The position numbers were made by a program, and so were the translations under genes. A stretch of DNA of 64,000 nucleotides from Myxococcota bacterium (GTDB lineage: Bacteria; Myxococcota_A; UBA796; UBA2385), in contig JAKLKF010000012.1 in NCBI GenBank assembly GCA_023150805.1, forward strand, positions 17,564 through 81,563, in the 5' to 3' direction. The notes below the pieces were generated by a model. It was not told the DNA's origin and ran no database searches. It saw only the letters and a list, made by a program, of their open reading frames with translations. Shown here piece after piece: positions 9,089 through 19,607 of this stretch; position 1 is the first letter of the stretch; every line of letters begins with the position of its first letter.

Positions 9089-10861
9089 TCAGCCGCCGAG
9101 CACCCCCTCCCCGGCGCGGGCCAGCGCCGCGTAGCGGCCGCCGAGGGCCAGCAGCTCCTCGTGGCGGCCGGCCTCGACCACCCGGCCGGCGTCGAGCACG
9201 AAGATGCGGTCGGCCGCCTGCACGGTGCTGAGGCGGTGGGCGACCACGATCACGGTCTTGCGGGTGAAGATGCGCTGGAGGGCGTCCTGCACCAGCGCCT
9301 CGGTCAGCGAGTCGATGCTCGCGGTGGCCTCGTCGAGCAGGATCAGGTCCGGGTCGTGGGCCATGGTGCGGGCGAAGGTCAACAGCTGCCCCTCTCCCAC
9401 CGACAGGTCCGCGCCCCGCTCGCGCAGCATGTGGGTCCAGCCCAGCGCCTGCACCGTGCGGTCGGCGTGCACCAGGCGGGTCGCCTCGTCCATGGCCTGC
9501 GGCGAGATCCCGGGGTTGCCCAGGCCCACGTTGAAGGCGAGGTCCTCGCTGAAGATCTGCTGGTCCTGCCGGACGGCGGCGACGCGGCGCCGCAGGTCGG
9601 CGACGCGCAGCGAGGACAGCTCCCGGCCGTCGAGGGTGATGCTGCCGCGGTAGCCGTCGTAGGAGCGGTCGAGCAGGCGCGTGATCGTCGTCTTGCCGCT
9701 GCCGGTGGCGCCGACCAGGGCCACGACCTGGCCGGGCTGCACCTCCAGGTCCACGCCCTGCAGCACGTCGGGCAGGCCCGGCCGGTAGGCGAAGCGCACG
9801 TCCCGCAGCACCAGGTGACCCCGCACCTCGCCCAGCGGCGCCCCGTCGGTGGGGGCAGGCTCCCCCTCGGCGAGCAGCTCGGTGATCTTGACCAGGCCGG
9901 CGACGGCGCGCTGCAGGATCGCCACCTTGTTGCTGGCCTCCCGCAGGGGCACGAAGAGGCGGTCGAGGTAGTCGACGAAGGCGACGACGGTCCCGGCGCT
10001 CACGGGCGCCAGCAGGCTCCCGTCGAGCCCCAGGGCCTGGCCGAGCGCGCCGGCCGCCACCCACAGGAGCACGCCCGCGACCACGCTGCCGAAGCCGTCC
10101 ACCATGCTGAACAGCAGCGACTCGAAGACGTTGCTGCGCGAGGTCACGCCGCGCAGGCGGGCGTTGCGCTGGTCGAAGCCGGCCGCGGCCAGCGCCTCGG
10201 CCCCCTGGAGCTGGATCACCTCGACGCCGTCGATGCGCTCGGCCATGAAGGCGTTGACCGCCGCCACCGCGTCCCGGACCTCGACGAACAGGCGCCGCAG
10301 CACCCGCCGGACCCGGTCGACCGCGAACAGCAGGGGCGGGGCCAGCAGCAGGGCGACCAGGGTCAGGCCCGGGTCGAGCAGGGCCATTGCGACCAGGACC
10401 CCCACGACCACCAGCGCGTCGAGCACCAGGGTGATGGCGCCGGCGGTGATGGCGTCCCCCAGCGCCTCCACGTCGCTGGTGACGCGGGTCATCAGGCGCC
10501 CGGTCGGCTGCCCGTCCAGGTAGCGCTGGGACAGGCCCAGCAGGTGTCGGAACAGGGCGCTGCGCAGGCGCAGGATGGTGCGAGAGCCCGCGAAGGACAG
10601 GCTCATGGTGTAGGCGACCTGGAGCAGGTAGGCGCCGGCGACCACCGCCAGGTAGGCGCCGGCCAGGCCCCCCAGGCCCTGGGCCTGGCCCGGAACGACG
10701 TGCTCGTCGATGGCCTTGCGCAGCAGCCAGGGCTGGGCGAGCTGGAGCCCGGCCACCAGCGGCGTGACGGCCAGCGCCAGGGCCAGCGCCCAGGCCTCGG
10801 GGCGGGCGTAGGGCCAGACGGTGGCCAGCAGCGAGGCGGTCGACGCCTCCCGGCGGCTCAC
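9089..10861 (-). CDS. ABC exporter, fused TMD+NBD (MdlB-like half)
   Basis: GRLMTRVTSDVE, Walker A GATGSGKT, degenerate signature LSVGEGQ, LILLDEAT, AHRLST. Confidence 0.9.
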   Translation of the reverse strand: MSRREASTASLLATVWPYARPEAWALALALAVTPLVAGLQLAQPWLLRKAIDEHVVPGQAQGLGGLAGAYLAVVAGAYLLQVAYTMSLSFAGSRTILRLRSALFRHLLGLSQRYLDGQPTGRLMTRVTSDVEALGDAITAGAITLVLDALVVVGVLVAMALLDPGLTLVALLLAPPLLFAVDRVRRVLRRLFVEVRDAVAAVNAFMAERIDGVEVIQLQGAEALAAAGFDQRNARLRGVTSRSNVFESLLFSMVDGFGSVVAGVLLWVAAGALGQALGLDGSLLAPVSAGTVVAFVDYLDRLFVPLREASNKVAILQRAVAGLVKITELLAEGEPAPTDGAPLGEVRGHLVLRDVRFAYRPGLPDVLQGVDLEVQPGQVVALVGATGSGKTTITRLLDRSYDGYRGSITLDGRELSSLRVADLRRRVAAVRQDQQIFSEDLAFNVGLGNPGISPQAMDEATRLVHADRTVQALGWTHMLRERGADLSVGEGQLLTFARTMAHDPDLILLDEATASIDSLTEALVQDALQRIFTRKTVIVVAHRLSTVQAADRIFVLDAGRVVEAGRHEELLALGGRYAALARAGEGVLGG

Positions 10862-12636
10862 GGGGCCCCCCCGACCGGCGCTGGCGCGCCGGGGTCGCGC
10901 TGCTGCTCCCAGGTGTCGCGGTACAGGCCGGGGCGGCCCAGCAGGCTCTTGTGGTCCCCCTGGTCGACCAGGCGGCCCTGGTCCAGCACCAGGATCCGGT
11001 CGGCGTGGCGCAGCGCGCTCAGGCGGTGGCTGACGATGAACACCGTCGGCCCCCGGGGGCCGCGCGCCAGGCGGGTCAGGGTCTCGACCAGCCGGGCCTC
11101 GGTCTGGTGGTCGACCGCCGAGAGCACGTCGTCGAGCAGCACCAGGTCGGCGTCCCGGTACAGGCCGCGCGCCAGGGCCGCCCGCTGGCGCTGGCCGCCC
11201 GAGAGCATGATCCCCCGCTCGCCGACCACGGTGTCCAGCCCCTGGGGCAGCGCGGCGAGATCGGGCTCCAGGGCGGCGGCCGACACCGCGGCGCGCAGGC
11301 GCGCGGGATCGGGCGCGTCGACCAGGGCGACGTTGGCCGCCAGGCTCTCGCTGAACAGGAAGGCGCGCTGTGGCACCACCGAGAGGCGGGCCCGCCAAGC
11401 GTCCAGGTCCAGGGTCACCAGGTCGGCCCGCGCGCCGTCGGCGCCCACGACGGTGACCGTGCCCGGCGGCGGGTTGTAGACCCGGGCCAGCAGGCGGATC
11501 AGGGTCGACTTGCCGCTGCCGGTGCGCCCGAAGACGCCGATCACGGCGCCCGGCGGCACCACCAGGTCCAGGTCGCGCAGGACCGGGCGCGCGGGGTCGT
11601 CGGGGTAGGCCCAGCTCAGGCGCCGCAGCTGCAGGCCGGGTCCGCGCCCGGGGCCCGGCATCGCGACCGGCGAGGTCCCCTCGGGGCGCTCGACCGGGGC
11701 GTCCAGCAGCTCGAAGATCCGCTCCAGGCCGGCGCGCCCCTGCTGCACGATCGACAGCAGCCAGCCCAGCGAGCGCAGGGGGCCCGCCAGGGTGGCCAGC
11801 AGCGCCACGAAGGCGGCGAGATCGCCGACGCTCAGGTCGCCCCCCAGCGCCATCGGGCCGCCGACCCCCAGGAGCAGGGCGACGGCGACGCCGCTGCCCA
11901 GGATGAGCAGCGGGAAGGCCACCGATCGCAGCCAGGCCAGCTTCATCCCCAGGCGGTAGAGCGCCTCGTTGCGCGCCTCGAAGCGCCCGATGAAGGCCTC
12001 CTCCGCGCGGAAGCCCTGCACCGTGGCGATGCCCTGCAGCGTGCCCAGCACCTGGTCGGACAGCCGCCCGGTCTCCGCCTGCAGCTCGCGCTGCGCCTCC
12101 AGGAGCGCCAGGATGCACAGCCGGACCACGACCAGCGCCAGGGCCAGCGGTGCGACGACGAACAGGGTGAGCCGCGGGGACAGCACCAGCATCTGCCCGC
12201 CGGTCAGCAGGAAGGCGGTGCTCACGTTGACCGCGGCCAGCAGGCCGAAGCCCATGGCCAGCCGGGCCCAGGTGATGTCGTTGCTGGCGCGGCTGATGAT
12301 GTCGCCGCGCTTCTGCCCGGCGTAGAAGGCCGGCTGCAGGCGCAGCAGGTGCGCGAACAGGTCCCGACGAAGGGCGTACTCGACGTCCCGGCCGGGGTTG
12401 AAGAACAGCACCCGCGACAGCGTGCGCACGCCCATGACGCACAGGCCCATCAGGACGATGCCGGCGGCGTGCCGCCCGACCGGGTCGCCGAGCCGCAGCG
12501 CGTCGATCACCTGGCCGATCTCGACGGGGATGCGGACCGCGAGGCCGTTGGTGGCGAGCAGCGCCAGCACGCCGGCCAGGTAGCTCCACCGGCGCTGCCA
12601 GCCGTAGTCGCGCGCCAGGCGCAGGAGCGGGTGCAC
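10858..12636 (-). CDS. ABC exporter, fused TMD+NBD (MdlA-like half)
   Basis: Walker A GRTGSGKS, LSGGQRQR, Walker B LLDD, SHRLS; GTGA overlap with partner gene. Confidence 0.9.
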   Translation of the reverse strand: MHPLLRLARDYGWQRRWSYLAGVLALLATNGLAVRIPVEIGQVIDALRLGDPVGRHAAGIVLMGLCVMGVRTLSRVLFFNPGRDVEYALRRDLFAHLLRLQPAFYAGQKRGDIISRASNDITWARLAMGFGLLAAVNVSTAFLLTGGQMLVLSPRLTLFVVAPLALALVVVRLCILALLEAQRELQAETGRLSDQVLGTLQGIATVQGFRAEEAFIGRFEARNEALYRLGMKLAWLRSVAFPLLILGSGVAVALLLGVGGPMALGGDLSVGDLAAFVALLATLAGPLRSLGWLLSIVQQGRAGLERIFELLDAPVERPEGTSPVAMPGPGRGPGLQLRRLSWAYPDDPARPVLRDLDLVVPPGAVIGVFGRTGSGKSTLIRLLARVYNPPPGTVTVVGADGARADLVTLDLDAWRARLSVVPQRAFLFSESLAANVALVDAPDPARLRAAVSAAALEPDLAALPQGLDTVVGERGIMLSGGQRQRAALARGLYRDADLVLLDDVLSAVDHQTEARLVETLTRLARGPRGPTVFIVSHRLSALRHADRILVLDQGRLVDQGDHKSLLGRPGLYRDTWEQQRDPGAPAPVGGAP

Positions 12637-12637
12637 C

Positions 12638-13369
12638 TCAGCCCGCGGGGGGGGTCGGAGCGCCGAGCAGGTGACGCGCGCCGGGATCCACCAGGAAGCG
12701 GCCCGCCAGCAGGTCCTGGCCCAGCACCAGCCGCGGCGCGGGGCCGTCGACCAGGCGCAGCAGCACCTCGAAGCGCTCGCCGCCCACCACGACCTGCGCC
12801 GGGAGACCCTGCGGCCCGGCCTCCACCCACTCCTGGCCCAGCCGCAGCCGCGCCTGGCCGGGGGAGGGGCTGTCCAGCGGTCCGGCCAGCACGGCGCCGG
12901 CGAGGCCGGTCGCCAGCGTCGCCGGCAGGGGGTGCGCCGCCCCGCCGACGAGCAGCAGGGCCCGCTCCTCCACCCCGGCCACGGCGCGGGAGGGCGTGGC
13001 GGCGCTCCGGCGGGCCGGCAGGGGCCGGTCGTCGGTCAGCAGCTCCTCGTCGAGCAGCGGGTCGTCGTCAGCGACGGGCGGCGCCTCGGCCAGGCGGGCG
13101 GCGAGGGAGGGGAGCCCCGGCGGGCGGGCCCCGTCACCGTCGTCCCCGGCGTCCTGCTCCTCCAACAGCTCCTCGTCCCCCGGGTCCGGCGCCGACGGGC
13201 TGCGCCTGCGGGCCGCCAGGTGCCCAATCCCCGCGGCCCCCTCGGGGTCCGAGGGTCCCTCCTCCAGCAGGTCCTCCTCCTCCACGTCCGGCGGAGCGGA
13301 CGGGCCGTCCCCGCCGCGGGGATCGCGGCCAGGGGAGAGGGCGGGCGAGGAGAGGCGGGGAACCGGCAT
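12638..13369 (-). CDS. Acidic disordered N-terminus plus degenerate retropepsin-like (RimK-associated protease-like) domain
   Basis: C-terminal LVLGQDLLAGRFLVDPG; ATLATG at the usual DTG position. Confidence 0.5.
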   Translation of the reverse strand: MPVPRLSSPALSPGRDPRGGDGPSAPPDVEEEDLLEEGPSDPEGAAGIGHLAARRRSPSAPDPGDEELLEEQDAGDDGDGARPPGLPSLAARLAEAPPVADDDPLLDEELLTDDRPLPARRSAATPSRAVAGVEERALLLVGGAAHPLPATLATGLAGAVLAGPLDSPSPGQARLRLGQEWVEAGPQGLPAQVVVGGERFEVLLRLVDGPAPRLVLGQDLLAGRFLVDPGARHLLGAPTPPAG

Positions 13370-13481
13370 GGCCCCGGCAGCTAACCGGCTCGCGGCGAGG
13401 CAGGAGAAGATGCGCCCGACAGGTCGGTGCTGTCCGCACCGGCGCGCGCCCGACGTCCACTGGGCAGGGCAGGAGGTGCAG

Positions 13482-14372
13482 GTGGACCGACGACGCTTCC
13501 AGGACGAGTTCCAGGCCGCCATGCAAGCGGAGGGGGTGCGGCCGCTGAGGCAGGCGACGCCGCGCAGCGGCCCGGTGCAGGCGAAGGTGCCCACCCCGCC
13601 GAGCCCGGTCCCGCCCTCTCCGGTGCCGGCCGAGCGGGACGCCCTGCGGGCCGAGCGGGACGCACTGCGGGCCGAGCGGGACGCGCTCCGGTCCGAGCGG
13701 GACGCGCTCCGCGCCGAGCGGGACGCGCTCCAGGCCATCAGCGACGCCCTGCGGGCCGAGCGCGACGAGGCCCTCGGCGCCCTGCAGCGGGAGCAGGCCC
13801 GCGGCGCGGCGCTGGACCAGGAGCGCCGGTCGCTGCAGCGCCGGCTGGCGCAGGCCGTGGCGCCGCCGGACACGGCCGTGGCGCCGCCGGACACGGCCGT
13901 GGCGCCGCCGGCCCCGGGCGCGGCGGCCGAGCCCGGAACCGCGGAGGCGGGCGACGACCCGGATCCCCCGACGGCGGCCGCCCCGATCGACGCCGCCTGG
14001 GCCGCCTTCACCCGCGCCTGCGCCCGGGCCGGGCGCCACCGGGTGCTGATCGTCGGCGGCTCGCCCGCCTACCACACCGCCCTGCGGGAGCGCGCGGCCC
14101 AGGGGGGGCCCCGGCTGCGGCTGGTGGACGGGGAGGCGCGCCGCACCCTGGCCCAGGCCCGCCGGGACGAGGCCAAGGCCGACCTCCTGGTGATCTGGGG
14201 CGCGACCATCCTGCCGCACAGCACCTCGGAGCTCTACGGCCGCGGCGCGCTGAAGCCGGTGCGCATCCCCCACCGCGGCATCGCCGGGATGCTGACGAAG
14301 GTGGCGGAGGCGCTGGACCTCGGGGCATCCGGGCCGCGCTCCGGGGCCGTGGGACGCCTGCCACCCGGATAG
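13482..14372 (+). CDS. Coiled-coil protein with DUF2325-like C-terminal domain
   Basis: AGGAGG just upstream of GTG 13482; AERDALR heptads; VLIVGG..ADLLVIWGATILPHS. Confidence 0.65.
   Translation: MDRRRFQDEFQAAMQAEGVRPLRQATPRSGPVQAKVPTPPSPVPPSPVPAERDALRAERDALRAERDALRSERDALRAERDALQAISDALRAERDEALGALQREQARGAALDQERRSLQRRLAQAVAPPDTAVAPPDTAVAPPAPGAAAEPGTAEAGDDPDPPTAAAPIDAAWAAFTRACARAGRHRVLIVGGSPAYHTALRERAAQGGPRLRLVDGEARRTLAQARRDEAKADLLVIWGATILPHSTSELYGRGALKPVRIPHRGIAGMLTKVAEALDLGASGPRSGAVGRLPPG
13629..13733 (+). repeat. 21-bp coding tandem repeat x5 (AERDALR heptad)
   Basis: gccgagcgggacgc(c/a/g)ct(g/c)cgg units with synonymous variation. Confidence 0.9.
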
Positions 14373-14381
14373 CCCGGGCCG

Positions 14382-15857
14382 GTGTCCCCGATCCCTCCCG
14401 CGCTGCTGACCTGGGCCCTGGGGGCCGGCGCCGCCCTCGCGGCAGGGTTGCCGGACGCCGCCGCGCTGCCGCCCGACGCCGCGCCGCCGCCCGACGACGC
14501 GGCGGCGCTCGCCCGCATGCAGGCCGACGTGGCGTGGATGGTCGAGGCGCTGGGGCCCCGACCGGCCGGCGGAGAGGCCGAGGCGAAGGCCGCCGCGGGG
14601 GTCGCGGCCCGCCTGGACGCGGCGGGCTGGCGACCGGAGGTGGTGGGGTGCCCGCTCTGCGTGGTGGCCTGCCGCGGCGCGGGCCGCCGCCTGTTCCTGG
14701 CGCACCTGGACAGCGTGCCGGGGACCGCGGGCGCGGTGGACAACGCCGCGGGCGTCGCGGCCCTGCTGGAGCTGGCGCGGAGCACGTCCAGCGAGGACCT
14801 GTGCCTGGGCTTCCCGGCGGCCGAGGAGGCGGGCCTGCTGGGCAGCGCGGCCATGGCCGCGGCCTGGCCGGCGCCCCTGCCGGAGCTGGTGGTGGCGCTC
14901 GACCTGACCGGCCACGGGCGCCTGTCGGTCACGGGCCTGGGCCCGCGCTGGGGGGGCGCGGACCTGCGCTGGCTGCGGGAGCACGCGCCGGTCGACAGCC
15001 CCTACGCCTACCGGGTGGTGAGCCGGGCCCTGCCCGGGATGGAGCGCAGCGACCACCGCCCCTTCGCCGACCGCGGCGCCCGCGCCCTGCACCTGCTGGG
15101 GCGAGGCCCCGGCGGGGTCTTCGACCGCTACCACCAGCCCGACGACGACCACGTCGAGGCCCCGGCGCTGGCGGAGCTGCTCGCGGCGCTCCAGGGCCTG
15201 GCGCGGGCGCCGTTGCCCCAGGGGCGGCCCGACGCCGCCGCCACGGTCGGCCCCCTGGTGCTGCCGGCCTGGGCCACCTGGTCGGTCCTCGCCGCGGCCC
15301 TGCTGCTCGGGCTGCACGACCTGCTGCGCCCCGCGCGGGGGCGCCCGGTCCTCGACCCGCTCCTGGACCTGGGCCGGGCCCTGCTGCGCTGCCTGCTGGC
15401 CAGCCTGGTCGCGGGCATCGCCCTGGCCGCCGCCACCCGGGCCGGCGCCTTCACCCCGACCCGGGGCGAGCTGACCGCCGCCCAGGTGATGGGCCTGCCG
15501 GCCAGCGGCTGGTGGACCGGCGCCCTGCCGGGCCTGGCCGCGGGCTGGCTGGCCTGGCTGCTGCTCCGCTGGCGCCTGGGCGGGCGCGGCTCCCCCACCC
15601 TGCCCGCCGCCCTGCTCGCCGCGCTGGCCCTGCGGGTCGACCCGCTCCTGGCCCTGCCCTTCGCCGCCGCGGGCCTGCTCGCCCGCGCCCACCCGCTGCT
15701 CGGCGCCCTGCCCGCCCTCTACCTGCTGTGGCCGGACAAGCTGCGGGAGCTGGCCTTCCACGGCCTGCTCCCCCCCGCCGCCTGGGGCGCGCTCTGGCTG
15801 CTCACGTGGCCGGCCTTCGGGAGTTACGCGAGGCGGGCGAGGAGGGACCCCCGATGA
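14382..15857 (+). CDS. M28 family metallopeptidase with C-terminal membrane domain
   Basis: AHLDS, GAVDNAAGVAALLELAR, AEEAGLLGS, SDH, YHQPDD. Confidence 0.85.
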   Translation: MSPIPPALLTWALGAGAALAAGLPDAAALPPDAAPPPDDAAALARMQADVAWMVEALGPRPAGGEAEAKAAAGVAARLDAAGWRPEVVGCPLCVVACRGAGRRLFLAHLDSVPGTAGAVDNAAGVAALLELARSTSSEDLCLGFPAAEEAGLLGSAAMAAAWPAPLPELVVALDLTGHGRLSVTGLGPRWGGADLRWLREHAPVDSPYAYRVVSRALPGMERSDHRPFADRGARALHLLGRGPGGVFDRYHQPDDDHVEAPALAELLAALQGLARAPLPQGRPDAAATVGPLVLPAWATWSVLAAALLLGLHDLLRPARGRPVLDPLLDLGRALLRCLLASLVAGIALAAATRAGAFTPTRGELTAAQVMGLPASGWWTGALPGLAAGWLAWLLLRWRLGGRGSPTLPAALLAALALRVDPLLALPFAAAGLLARAHPLLGALPALYLLWPDKLRELAFHGLLPPAAWGALWLLTWPAFGSYARRARRDPR

Positions 15858-16783
15858 GCGACCAGCCCGAGGCCGGACCTGCGCCCCGACCCCGGCCCAG
15901 CCGTGCCTACCGCCTGGCCATGGCCGCCGAGCGCCGCGTCGCCAAGGCCACGCGCCTGGCCGCCGCCAGCCGCGGCGAGGCCGTCTCCAAGGAAGAGGTC
16001 AAGCTGCGGTCGACCGTGGGCTACCAGCTCCACGCCGTCGTGCACCGCCCGACCGGGGGCCACCCCGAGACCGCGCCGGAGGGGCGGCTGCCCGCGGTGG
16101 TGCTCTGCCCTGGGATCGACGACGACGGCAGCGTCTTCGACAGCCTGCTGGCGCCGATCAGCGCCGACGAGGTCGCCCGCCTGGGCTGCGTCGCCCTGCG
16201 CTTCGACCCCGCCGGCCGCGGCCGCTCCTGGGGCGAGGAGGACTACGGCGGCCCCGAGCACCAGGACGACGTGGCGACCTGCGTGCGCTACCTGGCCGGC
16301 CGGGCCGACGTCGACCCGCGCCGCATCGGCATCCTCTGCATCTCGCTGGGCGTCGGCATGGGGGTGGGCGCCGCCGCCCGGCCCGACGTCGACGTCGCCT
16401 GGGTGCTCGACTGGGAGGGCCCCTGCGACCGCGAGATCATCACCGCCGGCGGGGCGCGCATGGCGCCGGCGGCGGGCCACACCCTGGACGACGACGTGTA
16501 CTGGCTGCCCCGCGAGGCGGTGCGCCACCTGGGCAGGCTGCGCTGCCCCTACGTGCGCCTGCAGGCCGAGCGCGACCACGCCCAGCCCGGCGAGACCCGC
16601 CACGCCACGCGCATGCTCCACGCCGCCGCCGCCGCCCAGGCCGCCGGCACCCTGCCGTGGTTCCAGGTCAACTACCACCCGCGCAACGAGCTGCCGCCGC
16701 GGCCGGAGTGGCTGCGCCCCGGCACCCTGGCCGCACGCCGGGCGCTGCTGCGCAAGCTCAGGGTGCTGACGGCGGAGCGCTGA
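15854..16783 (+). CDS. Alpha/beta hydrolase (CocE/NonD-like)
   Basis: LPAVVLCPG, RFDPAGRGRSWG, VDPRRIGILCISLG nucleophile elbow; ATGA overlap. Confidence 0.8.
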   Translation: MSDQPEAGPAPRPRPSRAYRLAMAAERRVAKATRLAAASRGEAVSKEEVKLRSTVGYQLHAVVHRPTGGHPETAPEGRLPAVVLCPGIDDDGSVFDSLLAPISADEVARLGCVALRFDPAGRGRSWGEEDYGGPEHQDDVATCVRYLAGRADVDPRRIGILCISLGVGMGVGAAARPDVDVAWVLDWEGPCDREIITAGGARMAPAAGHTLDDDVYWLPREAVRHLGRLRCPYVRLQAERDHAQPGETRHATRMLHAAAAAQAAGTLPWFQVNYHPRNELPPRPEWLRPGTLAARRALLRKLRVLTAER

Positions 16784-18866
16784 GCGTCGCGCCCGAGCTC
16801 CCCGCCGGCTCGGCGCAGCCCTCCAGCCGGTAGATGCCCAGGCGCAGGCGCCCGTCCTCCACCCAGGCCGGGTCGATCCGCCCGTCCAGGTCCGAGCGCG
16901 CGGGAACCCACACCTCGTCCACCGGTACCAGGGTGCAGGCCGCGGCCGCCTGCGGGCAGCCGTCGGCCGGCCGACGCGCCCGCACCTCGCCGCGCTCCAC
17001 GGTGACCTCGCTCTCGAAGCAGGTGAGCCCCAGGAGCACGAGCTGGCCGGTCTGCGGCGGCGCCGAGGACGCGGCCACCTGCACCAGGCCCGGCCGCAGG
17101 GTGGACAGCACCACCGCCATGTCGCGGGCCTTGTCCTGCAGCTCGGCCCGGCTGCCGTCGTCGTAGCGCAGCGCCGGGCCCTGGGGCAGGGTCGGCACCA
17201 CCCGCGCCAGCCAGCGCCACTCGGCGTGCCGGGCGAAGTCCAGGCGCTGCCAGGCCAGGGGCAGGCCGACCAGTCCCACCGCGGCCGCCAGCAGCGCCGG
17301 TCGCGACAGGCGTGGCGCCAGGCCCCACGCCGCCAGGGCCAGCCAGCCCGGCATGGCCAGCAGCTGCAGCCGCCAGGCGTCGGCCAGCGGCCAGCTCTTG
17401 GCCAGCAGGACGCCGGTCCCCAGCACCCACAGCACCCAGGGCGCCAGGGGGCGCCAGGCGCGGCGCGCGGAGGCCAGGGCCAGGGCCACGCCGACCCAGA
17501 GCAGGGGCGAGGTCCAGGCCGCGTCCATGAACAGGTGGATCGGGTGGCGGCGGCTCTCCCAGGCCGGCAGCAGCGCCATCGGCAGGAAGCCGGGCTGCAG
17601 GATCTTCGAGGGGACCAGCGGGCCGTCGTCGCGCACCGGCGGCAGCTCCGCCAGGCGCAGCAGGACCAGGGCGCCGCCGAGCAGCAGGGCCAGCCATGGC
17701 CCCCCGTCCCGCAGCGCCGCGCGCCCCCGCAGGGCGAAGGGCACGGCGGCGACCGCCGGCAGCAGCAGCAGCCCCTCGGGCCGGACGTGGCAGGCCAGCC
17801 CCGCCGCGAGGCCGGCCAGCGCCCCCGCGGCCAGGCCCGAGAGCCCCCGGTCCGCGTGCGCCGCCGCCGCGGCGCCGACCAGGGCCAGCGCCAGCGTCGG
17901 CACCGACATCTCCTCGGTCGGCGCGAGCAGCACCGCCAGGGGCAGGGCCGCCAGCGACAGGCCCGCCACGCGCGCCGCCGCGGGCGAGGCGGGGCGCAGC
18001 GCCGCCCACAGGGCCACCGGCGCCACCGTCGCGAGGAGCCGGTTGGCCAGGAAGACGGTCGCCGGCTCCGCTCCCAGCAGGGACACGGCCGGCGCCATCA
18101 CCGTCGGCCAGCCCTGCCCGTACAGGTCGGGCGAGGAGCTCAGCCCCATGGCCATGACCAGCTTCTCGTAGCCGGCCAGCCCGCCGTTGAAGACCACCGG
18201 AGAGGCCAGCCCGAAGCGGGCCAGGGCCGACAGCCCCGCCACCAGGGCGAGGTCGCGCCAGCCCGGCCGATCCAGCCTGCGGGCCCCGGCCAGCGCGAGC
18301 CCGACCGTGAGCGCGACCACCGCCGCCCCCACCCCCCGCAGGTAGCCGACCGGCGCCTGGGGGATCCCCAAGCGCTCCGCCCCCGGCCCCCCACCATCGG
18401 CCGAGGGCATGCTGCCCGGCGTGGCCGCGGTGATCGTCGGCCCCAGGCGCAGGCCCTCGCCCCGCTCGTCCAGCCGCGCGCAGAGGGCGGCGTGCACCTG
18501 CTCCTCCACCGTGGCGGGGGGCCGCTCTCCCTCGTGCCACGGGTCCTCGGGCACCGGGCCCACCAGCTCCCAGCGCGGGAACAGGGTCAGCCCGTGGTGG
18601 GAGCAGATCCCGGCGCGGCCGCCCTTCTCCTCCACCACCTCCACCGGCGGCAGGGACTGTCCCGGCGCCTCCAGGTGGAGCCGCTCGAACTCGGGGTGGG
18701 TCTCCACGCGGACCACGGTCGCCGGTCCGACCGCCTCCCCCACGCCCAGCCACCGCCCAGGGCCGTCCAGCCCGGGCTGCGCGGCCACCCGCGCCGCGCC
18801 CGGAGAGGGCTCCGCGCGGCCGGGCAGGGCCAGCAAGGCGAGCAGCGGGAGGAGCGGCCAGGGCAT
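16758..18866 (-). CDS. Multi-pass membrane protein, possibly GT-C glycosyltransferase-like
   Basis: Signal peptide, about 11 TM segments, HVRPE motif. Confidence 0.5.
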   Translation of the reverse strand: MPWPLLPLLALLALPGRAEPSPGAARVAAQPGLDGPGRWLGVGEAVGPATVVRVETHPEFERLHLEAPGQSLPPVEVVEEKGGRAGICSHHGLTLFPRWELVGPVPEDPWHEGERPPATVEEQVHAALCARLDERGEGLRLGPTITAATPGSMPSADGGGPGAERLGIPQAPVGYLRGVGAAVVALTVGLALAGARRLDRPGWRDLALVAGLSALARFGLASPVVFNGGLAGYEKLVMAMGLSSSPDLYGQGWPTVMAPAVSLLGAEPATVFLANRLLATVAPVALWAALRPASPAAARVAGLSLAALPLAVLLAPTEEMSVPTLALALVGAAAAAHADRGLSGLAAGALAGLAAGLACHVRPEGLLLLPAVAAVPFALRGRAALRDGGPWLALLLGGALVLLRLAELPPVRDDGPLVPSKILQPGFLPMALLPAWESRRHPIHLFMDAAWTSPLLWVGVALALASARRAWRPLAPWVLWVLGTGVLLAKSWPLADAWRLQLLAMPGWLALAAWGLAPRLSRPALLAAAVGLVGLPLAWQRLDFARHAEWRWLARVVPTLPQGPALRYDDGSRAELQDKARDMAVVLSTLRPGLVQVAASSAPPQTGQLVLLGLTCFESEVTVERGEVRARRPADGCPQAAAACTLVPVDEVWVPARSDLDGRIDPAWVEDGRLRLGIYRLEGCAEPAGSSGATLSAPPSAP

Positions 18867-18905
18867 CGGCGGAGGTTATCGCCTCCCCTCGCCTCCGGAG
18901 CGCCG

Positions 18906-19604
18906 GTGTCCTCCTTCCCCTCCCCTCCCCTGGCCTCCTCCTCCCCGCGCCTGGACGCCCTGTGGCGCGCCGTGCAGCCCCTGCTGCCCACGGCCGACCT
19001 CGCCCACGACCGCGACCACGTCCTGCGGGTGACCGCCTGGGCCCGGCGCCTGGCGCCCGAGGCGGGCGCCGACCCCGAGCTGGCCGTCGCCGCCGCGCTG
19101 GTGCACGACCTGGTCAACATCCCCAAGGACAGCCCCGACCGGCCGCTGGGCAGCGAGGCCAGCGCCGCCGCCAGCCGCGGCCACCTGGAGGCCGCCGGCT
19201 TCACCCCGGCCGAGGTCGCGCAGGTGGTCGAGGCCGTGCGTACCTGCTCCTGGTCGCGCGGCCACGCCCCCACCGGGCCCCTGGGCCGCGTGCTCCAGGA
19301 CGCCGACCGCCTCGACGCCCTGGGCGCCGTCGGCCTGGCGCGCAACCTGGCCTGCGCCCAGTCCTTCGCCGCCCGCTCGCCCTCGCGCTTCTACGACCCG
19401 GCCGACCCGCTGGGCAGCTCGGGCCGCCCCCTCGACGACGTGCGCAACGCCGCCGACCACTTCTTCGTCAAGCTCCAGCACCTCGCGCGGGGCATGCACA
19501 CCGCCACGGCCCGCGCCGAGGCCGCGCGAAGGCAGGCGTTCATGGAGGCCTTCCTGGGACGACTTGCCGCAGAGGCGGAGGTGGCTGCGGATCTTGCTGA
19601 CTGA
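18906..19604 (+). CDS. HD-domain phosphohydrolase (YedJ-like)
   Basis: AHDRDHVLRV, ALVHDLV, LQDADRLDALGAVGLAR, HFFVKL..MHTATAR. Confidence 0.87.
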   Translation: MSSFPSPPLASSSPRLDALWRAVQPLLPTADLAHDRDHVLRVTAWARRLAPEAGADPELAVAAALVHDLVNIPKDSPDRPLGSEASAAASRGHLEAAGFTPAEVAQVVEAVRTCSWSRGHAPTGPLGRVLQDADRLDALGAVGLARNLACAQSFAARSPSRFYDPADPLGSSGRPLDDVRNAADHFFVKLQHLARGMHTATARAEAARRQAFMEAFLGRLAAEAEVAADLAD

Positions 19605-19607
19605 CGT

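Noticed and set aside
9089-12636. ABC exporter as the Hxs peptide transporter
   Set aside because: About 16 kb away, no C39 peptidase domain, ordinary MdlAB-like pair; cannot be linked from sequence
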